Shown piece after piece: positions 8,326 to 16,526 of a DNA stretch of 20,000 bases; the stretch's first letter is position 1; each line of letters opens with the position of its first letter. The stretch lies in IMG/VR virus record IMGVR_UViG_3300009285_011187; one strand, 5' to 3'. Position numbers and translations under genes: made by a program. Origin of the DNA: an uncultured virus (IMG/VR IMGVR_UViG_3300009285_011187) (taxonomy: Duplodnaviria; Heunggongvirae; Uroviricota; Caudoviricetes). The notes under the pieces are model-generated. The model ran no database searches and was not told the DNA's origin. It was given only the letters and a program-made list of their open reading frames with translations.

Positions 8326-8652
8326 TCATTTAAGGGCTCCCGGATTAGTAAGTATAAATTTCCATATTCCGCCGATAATCGACAAAAGGGCCGCAATTGT
8401 CAGGGCGGTGATTACAGCTTCCCTGCGATTTTTTTTTGGTTTGTTTTGCTCTTCGATGGTGATTTCACGGGTTACATGTTCATCATACTTGGCAAACTTG
8501 CCGGCGCAGCGCGTTTGATGATCCATTACTTCCTGGCGGATACATTCAATGCCAGTTTCAACCTTTAAATGGACGTTTTGAAATCCTGTACTCATTTCTT
8601 GTCTTATCAAATTAACAGATGCTAATATTTGAGCGGCCAGGGCTTCGTCCAT
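8326..8652 (-). CDS. Membrane protein with coiled coil and C-terminal TM helix (lysis-cassette accessory)
   Basis: 108 aa; GGAGG RBS; TM segment AVITALTIAALLSIIGGIWKF. Confidence 0.7.
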   Translation of the reverse strand: MDEALAAQILASVNLIRQEMSTGFQNVHLKVETGIECIRQEVMDHQTRCAGKFAKYDEHVTREITIEEQNKPKKNRREAVITALTIAALLSIIGGIWKFILTNPGALK

Positions 8653-8803
8653 ATTAAAGAGCCTCCAAAGGCGGTAGATATCACCTACAATTTATCTACT
8701 ATGATTCCGTGCTTTCGGATGTTCGTTAAAAAGTCAATAGTAGAAATGCATTTATTTTTAAAAAAAGGTAAAAAATTTTTTAGTGGATTATATACCAGCA
8801 GGT

Positions 8804-10438
8804 TTAACGTGCAGGTAAAGAAGTGAATCCTTCAAGCAGTTTCATTGACTTGCGACCACCAGCGGTGACTATCCCGCCACTCCTGGCTGTGACGAGCGTC
8901 ATCAAAAAAGAGATCGCCTGACTGGTGCTATCAGCATCGTCCTTAAATTCAGTGTTCGGAAAATTAGCCATCATGTCGACATAGTCCTGAACCCAGGGTA
9001 CGTTGCCTGGCAACCAGCAGCGGTGCGACTCCACTGTCGGAGATATATATAGCGCCCTGGTTTCCTTGCTTTCATTGCCCGGATTGACACGGATTACCGG
9101 AATAGACGTCTCCTGCTCCAGGCACGAAGCCAGGGCCTGCCCGGAATCCTTGTCCTCGATCAGCACGACATCCGGACGCCAAAGATTATACTGGTCTCCT
9201 GCGGCTTTGCGCAACTGTGGAAACTCCATCCGGTCCTGGAAGCGATCCAGTAGCGCAAAGCCCTGGTCGAACAAGCCCCAGGTCTGGCAGTTGCTCTGAG
9301 CCGAAGTGTCGCCTCTCTTAGATGCCGTGTCCCAGGATTGGACAATATAGTAGCACCGTGGCACTGTGGAATAATACTGCCAATACTTGCGCAGGAATAA
9401 GTTACCTTCCTCAGAGGACGGCCGCTGTTGAAATAGCGCGTTCCACACCTTGCGCGGCGTGTTAGCCCTGATCCGCTCCAGCGCTTTCTCGTCGCGGCGT
9501 TGCGGGCAAAGCGCCTCTCCAATGGAGCGGCCAATAAAGTCGTCAGCTTCAGCGATTGCCGGCAGCCTGATATATATCCAGCCATCATCTTTTTTTTCAC
9601 GCATTACGTAGCCAATCGCGTCATCCTCGTGCCAGCGCGTCATCAGTAAAATTGCCGTGGCGCCCGGTTCCATCCTGGTCAGGAATGTCGAATCGAGCCA
9701 ATCATGCACGCCTTTCCTTATAGTGTAAGACATAACCTCGGCCCAGTTTTTGTGCAGGTCGTCGCCGATTAACAAGTGCGCACCTTCGCCGGTCAGCGGC
9801 CCGCCAACGCCGGCAGTAATCATACCACCCCCTTCAGTGGTAAGCCAGCGCGCCGAAGCTGTGGCGTCCTCAGCAATCACGACGCCGAGTTCAGGATGTT
9901 CCTGGAAAATATTGCGGTCAGTCCGGCCCCACTTCGCCGCGAACTTGGCTTCATATGTGGCCAGAATCACGTTTTTCTGCGGCCAGTTAGTCAAAAACCA
10001 GACCGGCAGCCACTGGGAAATGAACATACTTTTGCCATGTCGCGGCGGCACTGACACAAGTATGCGTCCGTCTCCCTTAGCAATCTCGTTGGTGATGATG
10101 TGAGACAATATGACAAGATAGTCATAAGGTATCCAGGCGCCACGGCTTGTGTGAGCGGCCAGTGTGTGCGGCAATAACTTCCATGGGGTAGGCGGGACCC
10201 AATCCAGAAACTGTCTATAGCCCATCGATGTCGTAGCGGTCTGGTTCTCCGTCTTCAATCTCCTCGCGCTCACTCTCCCCGGAATGCCGGCCCGTCTCGA
10301 AGTCCTTGTCACTATTCTGTGGTTGGAGCTGTATATCTCCCCCCCGGTCGACTCCAGGCAGGTCAATACATCCAGGCCCGCCTGCGCCTCGGCCCTCTGC
10401 CAGTCCTCCCATTCCCGCAACTTCTCTTCCAGGCTCAC
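8804..10438 (-). CDS. terL: Terminase large subunit (start at GTG 10438 or ATG 10225)
   Basis: Walker A VPPRHGKS, GGPLTGEGAHLLIGDD Walker B, MTRWHEDD, QSWDTA, IEDKDSG, DDADS nuclease motifs. Confidence 0.95.
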   Translation of the reverse strand: MSLEEKLREWEDWQRAEAQAGLDVLTCLESTGGEIYSSNHRIVTRTSRRAGIPGRVSARRLKTENQTATTSMGYRQFLDWVPPTPWKLLPHTLAAHTSRGAWIPYDYLVILSHIITNEIAKGDGRILVSVPPRHGKSMFISQWLPVWFLTNWPQKNVILATYEAKFAAKWGRTDRNIFQEHPELGVVIAEDATASARWLTTEGGGMITAGVGGPLTGEGAHLLIGDDLHKNWAEVMSYTIRKGVHDWLDSTFLTRMEPGATAILLMTRWHEDDAIGYVMREKKDDGWIYIRLPAIAEADDFIGRSIGEALCPQRRDEKALERIRANTPRKVWNALFQQRPSSEEGNLFLRKYWQYYSTVPRCYYIVQSWDTASKRGDTSAQSNCQTWGLFDQGFALLDRFQDRMEFPQLRKAAGDQYNLWRPDVVLIEDKDSGQALASCLEQETSIPVIRVNPGNESKETRALYISPTVESHRCWLPGNVPWVQDYVDMMANFPNTEFKDDADSTSQAISFLMTLVTARSGGIVTAGGRKSMKLLEGFTSLPAR

Positions 10439-11168
10439 TTACCGCCTCCACATTTTTTAACGTCTGATCAAGCCGGCGCTGAAAATCCTCACCCTTGTCC
10501 TTGCCGCGCAGTGAAATATTGTAACCAAAAGCCATTGCCGCCAGAAATTCCAATGCCCGTCTGCCGGCAGGGTTCTGGAGGATATTTAAGTATTGCTGGT
10601 TAGACATAGTGCGCGGCGTCTTAACGCTTTGTTGCTTTTCCAGGTCGTTCAGTATCTCAAGTAATCGATCAATTGCCGGTTGTTTTGGGTGCAATTTAAT
10701 TTTAACAGTATGCCCGCCGCGTTGGTTCGCAACGTCGGTTATCTCCATGACGCCGGCACGCTGCAGGTCAGTCAGCTCATCAGAGTCCTTAAGGAAAGTA
10801 ACGCCGTTACTATTCCACTTAATATAATCAGACATCCTGGCCGTGGCCATAGCCTTCAACTCCAGGATCAGGCGATCCACAGTGATATCCAGGCGGGCTG
10901 CGATATGCTTCTTCAGTATATCAATATAGGCCGCAACCTTCTCGTGCTCAAGAACTCTATCAACATTCTTAGACCACATATTTTTCTGGTTAGTGCCGGC
11001 CAGCCAGTTTTCAGGATGCCCGTACCCAGCTTCGTGGAAAGCTAAAAACTTATCATAATGGATAATGTACCGCTCGGCAAACTTGCGTTGTTTTTCAGTC
11101 AGATCAAGTAGTGAAATTTGCTCGCGGCGAACAATGTCAATAGTATTCATTGCGGGCGACGTAGTCAT
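10215..11168 (-). CDS. terS: Terminase small subunit (Terminase_2-like, long C-terminal extension)
   Basis: LTEKQRKFAERY...AGY, V.AYI..L, IT.D....EL..MA, KIKLHPK..A...L motifs; directly upstream of terL. Confidence 0.88.
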   Translation of the reverse strand: MTTSPAMNTIDIVRREQISLLDLTEKQRKFAERYIIHYDKFLAFHEAGYGHPENWLAGTNQKNMWSKNVDRVLEHEKVAAYIDILKKHIAARLDITVDRLILELKAMATARMSDYIKWNSNGVTFLKDSDELTDLQRAGVMEITDVANQRGGHTVKIKLHPKQPAIDRLLEILNDLEKQQSVKTPRTMSNQQYLNILQNPAGRRALEFLAAMAFGYNISLRGKDKGEDFQRRLDQTLKNVEAVSEPGREVAGMGGLAEGRGAGGPGCIDLPGVDRGGDIQLQPQNSDKDFETGRHSGESEREEIEDGEPDRYDIDGL

Positions 11169-11197
11169 GGGTAAAAAATATAGTAAAAAAAAACAAA

Positions 11198-11241
11198 GTC
11201 AAGAAAAAATACTTGACAAGGATAAAAGATGGGGATACAAG
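11198..11241. promoter_or_regulatory. Back-to-back -35 elements / palindromic operator GTCAAG-N8-CTTGAC; plus-strand sigma70-like promoter
   Basis: TTGACA 11213-11218, 17 nt, TACAAG; TTGACT on the minus strand facing terS. Confidence 0.5.
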
Positions 11242-11345
11242 ACAATCGACTTCCTTGTACAAAGGTGCAGTTCGGTTCGGGCCCCGGCTGCACCTCTTTA
11301 AAGATTCAAAACGCATTCCGCCCCAACCCCCCAAAATTGTTACTC

Positions 11346-11861
11346 TAATCACGATAATCACAATAAAGGGAAAATAATCACCATCTCGTGATTATTGTGA
11401 TTAATTCAATAAATTCAACTACTTACAAACTTCTATCAACAGGTTTTTTGATTTTTAACTACCTGAATTTATTCACTAATCACGGTTACGCGTTTTTCTG
11501 GAAATTTTTTTGTGTTTTTTCTGTAGTTGTATTTAGAAGCGTTACCAGGCGGCTTACTATATAGGAAATATTATGATGATAGTAAGTATAAAATAATTTA
11601 AAATATGGTGATTATATGATTAATATAATAATTATAGGTAATTATATAAAATATAGTGTGTAAGTATTGTGATTATTGTGATTAATATAATTAGAATAAA
11701 TACTTACACCGCGCGAAGAATCCACACACACTACTACTTCTATATAAAAATATCTCTATATATACCATCAACTATTAACTAAAATTCATTGCAAAATATC
11801 TACCCTGTGGAAAACATTCAATTAATCACCATCAGAATACCAAAAACGCATATCATGATTA
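11346..11861. repeat. AT-rich region with 10 exact TAATCAC/GTGATTA iteron-like motifs
   Basis: Copies at 11346, 11355, 11375, 11388r, 11397r, 11477, 11608r, 11669r, 11678r, 11823. Confidence 0.85.
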
Positions 11862-12092
11862 ATGGTAGGTACAAATATATGTTTTACCATATATTTCGTT
11901 ATATACTCCAATATATTCAGTACCTTAAAAAGCGCTTTTTGGCAAAATTTACTGTGCGAGGAGAGTGGGGTGCCCTCCACCTACCCCAGAAACCGCGGAT
12001 ATTTACCCCCCACCAGGTTGCTGATCCTTAGCACCGCCTTAGCCGGCCTCATTGCTTGTCGGGTATGGATGCAGCTGCAGCCACATTGTCCT

Positions 12093-12223
12093 GGGCTCGC
12101 TCCGTCACGATTCTTGACTCGCTATCGCTCGTCAACAATCGCGCCGTCGCTGGTTGGTAGCTTAGGGCTCGCTCCGTCACGATTCTTGACTCGCTATCGC
12201 TCGTCAACAATCGCGCCGTCGCT
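12093..12223. repeat. 59-bp exact direct repeat (period 72) containing a hairpin
   Basis: gggctcgctccgtcacgattcttgactcgctatcgctcgtcaacaatcgcgccgtcgct at 12093 and 12165. Confidence 0.92.
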
Positions 12224-12719
12224 ACCTCGTACCAAGCGCCCAGACCTCGCGCTGTAGTCAACACCCCACCTGCGCTAGCCCTTGACCGAGGGGCAAACCA
12301 CCGGGGACCGGTTATGGCGCTGCTCGTCGGCGCTCGCAGCTACAAAGGATGCCGGGGTGCTCCGCTCTCACTGCGCCCCGGCGCTCGATGTTCCGCTCCA
12401 CTGCACAAGGAGGCAGGGATCGCGCCAACAAGGGCATGCTGTCACGATCCCTGCACTTGGTGTAGTCCGTCTATGCTACTGGCCCAAGAAGACGGGCCAG
12501 AAGCATAGACGAGCTATAAGGAGTTCGCACTGGCCCGATGAAGAATGGGCCAGAGCTCACGCGCCGCGCCGCAGTAATGAGTTTAAAGGAGCGCGGCGCC
12601 CCAGTATTTTAGTCTATAAGGAGGCAAGGGCCGCGCCAGCTGCGCTGTCACGTCCCTTGCACATGGTTGTGCCGGGCGCTCCACTCCGTTCCCGCGCCCG
12701 TACCACGTACCCCGTACCC

Positions 12720-12939
12720 CGTAGCCATAACGTAGCCACAGGTGCTAAGTACCCCGTAGCCATAACGTAGCCACAGGTGCTAAGTACCCAGGGGCGCTGC
12801 GGCGCAATTCCCAAATTGGGAGCACCGTCCGTGATTTTCACGGCGCTGTCCGTGATTTTCACGGATTAAGGGGTAGGCATATTACCAAATGGTGACATAA
12901 TTAGCGTAGCCATAACGTAGCCACAGGTGCTAAGTACCC
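12720..12939. repeat. Three exact 35-bp direct repeats
   Basis: cgtagccataacgtagccacaggtgctaagtaccc at 12720, 12755 and 12905. Confidence 0.92.
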
Positions 12940-13049
12940 GCAGCTGTTAGGCTTCTACTGATGTTTCACGTGAAACATTACGCGGGAATAGGGACGAAGA
13001 TGCGAGGTTAGGGCCCTGATTTTCACGATCCAGGCCGTGATTTTAACGG
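12829..13049. promoter_or_regulatory. Repeated palindrome CCGTGA-TTT-TCACGG (putative operator)
   Basis: Exact at 12829-12843 and 12850-12864; degenerate at about 13015-13028 and 13035-13049. Confidence 0.6.
12962..12977. promoter_or_regulatory. parS: parS centromere-like site
   Basis: TGTTTCACGTGAAACA, a perfect match to the chromosomal ParB/Spo0J consensus TGTTNCACGTGAAACA. Confidence 0.85.
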
Positions 13050-13639
13050 TTTCTCCGCAACCATGCTCAGATATTCATCGTTTTCCACTTAATTTTCAAG
13101 GCCAGTAAAAACGCGGTATCCAATAAAGGCGTGGTGAGGGATCGTAATATCATTTTCATAAAGCAGGGCGTTGCGGCGCAAGCGCCGCCGCTCTGGCGGG
13201 CTAAAGCCCCGAGCCAGCAAGCTGTCTCGGCCCAAAGGGCGCCGGCCGCTAACGCAGCAAAGGAAGGGGCGGCAAAAAAGACGCCGCCCGGTTTTATAAA
13301 GCGTTATGGCGCGAAAAGATGCGCCATCGCAGGAATGGCGCTAGGAAAGGCGCGCCAGCAGGGGTCCGTGGGTACATCCCCCTGCACTCCCTTGCGGGCG
13401 GATGATAAAAATACCGCCCGCCGCGTATTTGCAAATCAGTACTACGCTCTCTCTCTCTTGTCGTCTTATTGTGAGCGCGCAACATTGACCATCACAAGCA
13501 TCCCCCGCCCCATAAGACGCGCCGCCCGAAAAGATGCGGCGCATGGGGCGGGAGCCGTACCGGATGCGCGCGACATCGGCCGGGCTGTCAAGGTAGAATC
13601 GCCTCGATTTTTTACGGACCAGAGTATTTTGGTTATTTA

Positions 13640-13672
13640 CGGCCCACCGAAAAGAATGTGGGCCGCTTTTTT
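13640..13672 (+). terminator. Intrinsic terminator-like hairpin
   Basis: CGGCCCAC-cgaaaagaat-GTGGGCCG followed by CTTTTTT. Confidence 0.55.
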
Positions 13673-13903
13673 AAAGGAGAAAATCTTCCTGGCCCTAAAA
13701 ATCGGGCGATCTCTACCTTGACAGCCCCCAGTCTTTCGCGATCACTTTATCGCCGCATCAAGATTATAGCCCCATGATCGATCATCGCAGCTTTATGATT
13801 GTTGCTTTCGACGCGAAAGACGCAAGCTCTGTCATGGGAAAAGGCGACAAGAGCGAGAGAGACGATCCCAGCTCTTGATTAAAATTCGATAGGGAGGTGT
13901 ATT

Positions 13904-14188
13904 ATGATGAAAGTTGTAAATAGACATAGTGAACGCTTTCAGATTTACATTGGCAGGGGGACAATGTGGGGAAATCCCTACATAATCGGTAGGGATGGCT
14001 CTCGCGAGGTTGTTCTTGATAAATATAAGAAATACTTGTGGCAACGTATGAAGGACCAGGGATTCCGAAAAGCCCTGATGAATCTTGATGGTAAAATCCT
14101 GGGTTGTTCTTGTAAACCATTGCCATGTCATGGTGATATTCTTGTTAACGCAATAGCCTGGTTAAAGGGAAGGAGAACAGGACAATGA
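13904..14188 (+). CDS. DUF4326 family protein
   Basis: YIGRG..WGNP...G.DG.R, L.GK.LGC.CKP.PCHGD.L signature; GGAGG RBS. Confidence 0.9.
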   Translation: MMKVVNRHSERFQIYIGRGTMWGNPYIIGRDGSREVVLDKYKKYLWQRMKDQGFRKALMNLDGKILGCSCKPLPCHGDILVNAIAWLKGRRTGQ

Positions 14189-14532
14189 ATACAATTATCG
14201 CTGGATCAAGAGGATTTGAAAACTACAGCTTCATGGTAAGTAGTCTTGATAAGTTATTCTCACGCATTAAGCCAGGCTTGATAATTTCGGGAGGCGCACG
14301 CGGAGCCGATTTACTAGGCGAGCGTTATGGCAGGGAGAATGGGATTCCGGTTAAGACAATCAGGCCGAATTGGTCAAAGGGCAAAGCCGCTGGATATGCA
14401 CGGAATGTCGAAATGGCAAAGATCGCGGATTCATGCGTCGTCTTCTGGGATGGCAAATCTCCGGGCACGGCGCACATGATAAACATAGCTAAAAAGCAAG
14501 GCCTGTCGTTACGGATCGTCAAAATAAAATAA
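14185..14532 (+). CDS. SLOG superfamily protein (YspA/DUF2493-like)
   Basis: IIAGSR.F, ISGGARGAD.LGE, W...GKAAG..RN.EMA, FWDGKSPGT.HMI. Confidence 0.9.
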   Translation: MNTIIAGSRGFENYSFMVSSLDKLFSRIKPGLIISGGARGADLLGERYGRENGIPVKTIRPNWSKGKAAGYARNVEMAKIADSCVVFWDGKSPGTAHMINIAKKQGLSLRIVKIK

Positions 14533-14565
14533 TCTGTTTCATCATAATTCTATGGAGGTGCGACC

Positions 14566-16068
14566 ATGAACACAAGTAGATTACACTTTACCCGGTCCCA
14601 GGAACTCCGAATTATCACCGGAGCCAGGTATGCCGACTTCGTCCTCGAAACGAGGACCAACGGCAACGATTTCAATAATAGCGTCAGCGTGGCCATGGCA
14701 CTCGCCATGATCCAGGCGCTCGATGAGCGCGACACCGACATGACATGCCTCATCCAGTCATACGCAACCTTAAACTCCAAAAGCCAGCTCCAGATCCGCA
14801 AAATCAAGCTGACCGGCACACGGACCGAGGCCCGCAATGGCCGCACCGTTTACAACCTTGACTATCTGTTGCCGGCCATGCCCCTTGAACAGATCTCCGC
14901 ACCAATTGGTAGTGTGGAACACACCTTCACCAACGACGGTGAGGAGACAACCTACTATATCCCCGTCCGCGAGGACGAGGCGCCGGTCATGGGCACGCCA
15001 GGATATAGCGACCAACCCGATCTCCGCAGCGAGCATGCCCGAATCATGGTCCCACAAAATAGCATGGAAGGCATTTTCGGCATCGCCGAGCACCTGGGTG
15101 AGGGCCAGGACATCAAGCAAATCCGGTGCGAGATCCCCGGCAAACTTTACGGCCTTGATCTTGGTCAACGCCTAATCTCCAAGCAAGGCGGACTCAACCA
15201 GCTCGATCGCATCATCTACGACGAGGCCGGCATGACGGCCCAAGGCAAGGCTTGCCTGCCGCACGAAAATCGGCAGCCAACAAAGTGGTGGAAGCATGCC
15301 GGAGGGATCCGCCACAAGTATAATTGCACCATCGAACAGGCAACGCAGCTCGCCGACGCCTGGAAAACGCTGGACGCCACGGCCACCATGGTCGCCACGT
15401 TCGACAAGTGGGTATCTAGGGGCATTGAGGCTGCTTGCGCTTACTTCTCGGCCCTGGGCGCTGAGTTGAAAGCAGTCGCACCCGAGGCCGAGCAGCTGGA
15501 TCTGATTACCTACGAAGAAGCCGACAGCACGGAAGACGCGCTCGACGCAGATCACCCGGTAGATATTCAGACGATCCAGGCCGACGCCTGGCACTTGCTT
15601 GACGATCCCCGGAACGACATGCCAGCCTGGGAAACACGCCAGCCGTACCGATTCCAGACTGTCCTTGGCATGATTCGACAGGCTGACGCTGGCCAGCTCA
15701 CCGCCTGGGCCAAAAGCCAGTACAGCAGCAAGCCCGAATGGCAAGGCGTCCAGGCGCAAGTTTTGTGGTCAGCCTACAAAGCCAGGAAAGCGGGCTTTGT
15801 TACAGGTAAGGGTAAGCGCATCATCGAACGCTGTCGCCTGACCGACAACAAAGCCAAAGCCAGGTTCTGGCTCTACAATAAAGGCGGCACTGTCCTCAAT
15901 TCGGTCGAATTGACCGAGGCCTGGAAAGCTATTGGAAAAGAAAGTCGTCAAAAGAAAGGCTGTCAAAAGATAATAAATACATCGCAATGTAATACGTGCG
16001 ATGTAAGGTTGTGCAGCCACCGTGAGGCAGCCTATAAAGCCGTACCGATACCAGAATATCCAGAGTAA
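14566..16068 (+). CDS. Large hypothetical protein (500 aa) with a C-terminal Cys/His cluster
   Basis: Long ORF, GGAGG RBS; no family recognised. Confidence 0.85.
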   Translation: MNTSRLHFTRSQELRIITGARYADFVLETRTNGNDFNNSVSVAMALAMIQALDERDTDMTCLIQSYATLNSKSQLQIRKIKLTGTRTEARNGRTVYNLDYLLPAMPLEQISAPIGSVEHTFTNDGEETTYYIPVREDEAPVMGTPGYSDQPDLRSEHARIMVPQNSMEGIFGIAEHLGEGQDIKQIRCEIPGKLYGLDLGQRLISKQGGLNQLDRIIYDEAGMTAQGKACLPHENRQPTKWWKHAGGIRHKYNCTIEQATQLADAWKTLDATATMVATFDKWVSRGIEAACAYFSALGAELKAVAPEAEQLDLITYEEADSTEDALDADHPVDIQTIQADAWHLLDDPRNDMPAWETRQPYRFQTVLGMIRQADAGQLTAWAKSQYSSKPEWQGVQAQVLWSAYKARKAGFVTGKGKRIIERCRLTDNKAKARFWLYNKGGTVLNSVELTEAWKAIGKESRQKKGCQKIINTSQCNTCDVRLCSHREAAYKAVPIPEYPE

Positions 16069-16243
16069 CACCTACCACCCCATGCGCCCCGGATTCAACA
16101 TCCGGAGCGCATGAATTATTCACCCACTCTGCCGTCAGGCTCCGGAAGTAGCACCGCTTCCGGGGCCGCGGGACCTGGGGCCGCGGGACTTGGGGATGGG
16201 GAAAATAAAATAGAAACCCAAACTGCAAAAAATGGAGGAAACC

Positions 16244-16516
16244 ATGGACCACATCAGACTGGAAATTCTAGAAGATTTTACACCGATAGCATTTTACGAA
16301 TACGCGCATAGCGTACAAGAAAAAATAATATCGATAGGAGAGGAAGAAACGTACACAGAAACAAAAAACATGCTGGTAGCAGCATTCAACAAAAAAGGGA
16401 TTAAGGCATATAGCGACAATAAGACGGCATTTGAAATCCAGGTGCACGGCAAAAGATATTTCATCGGATTTTATAACTGGCACATGCATATCGGCACTGC
16501 CGTTATGGAAAGATAG
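16244..16516 (+). CDS. Hypothetical protein
   Basis: GGAGG RBS before ATG 16244; operon-like packing. Confidence 0.7.
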   Translation: MDHIRLEILEDFTPIAFYEYAHSVQEKIISIGEEETYTETKNMLVAAFNKKGIKAYSDNKTAFEIQVHGKRYFIGFYNWHMHIGTAVMER

Positions 16517-16526
16517 GAGGAAATTA

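Noticed and set aside
11264..11299. tRNA gene (GGTTCG plus 7-bp stem)
   Set aside because: No D arm, anticodon arm or CCA; T-stem mismatched
12720..12939. 35-bp repeats as a CRISPR array
   Set aside because: Gaps are 0 and 115 bp rather than uniform spacers, and there are no cas genes
12961..12978. Protelomerase (telRL) site
   Set aside because: The palindrome is only 18 bp and matches parS exactly
11789..13721. ORFs 11789-12031, 11862-12257, 12282-12770, 12614-12862 and 13131-13721 as genes
   Set aside because: Weak starts, no clear RBS, and Arg/Ala/Pro-rich or repetitive translations explained by GC hairpins and DNA repeats
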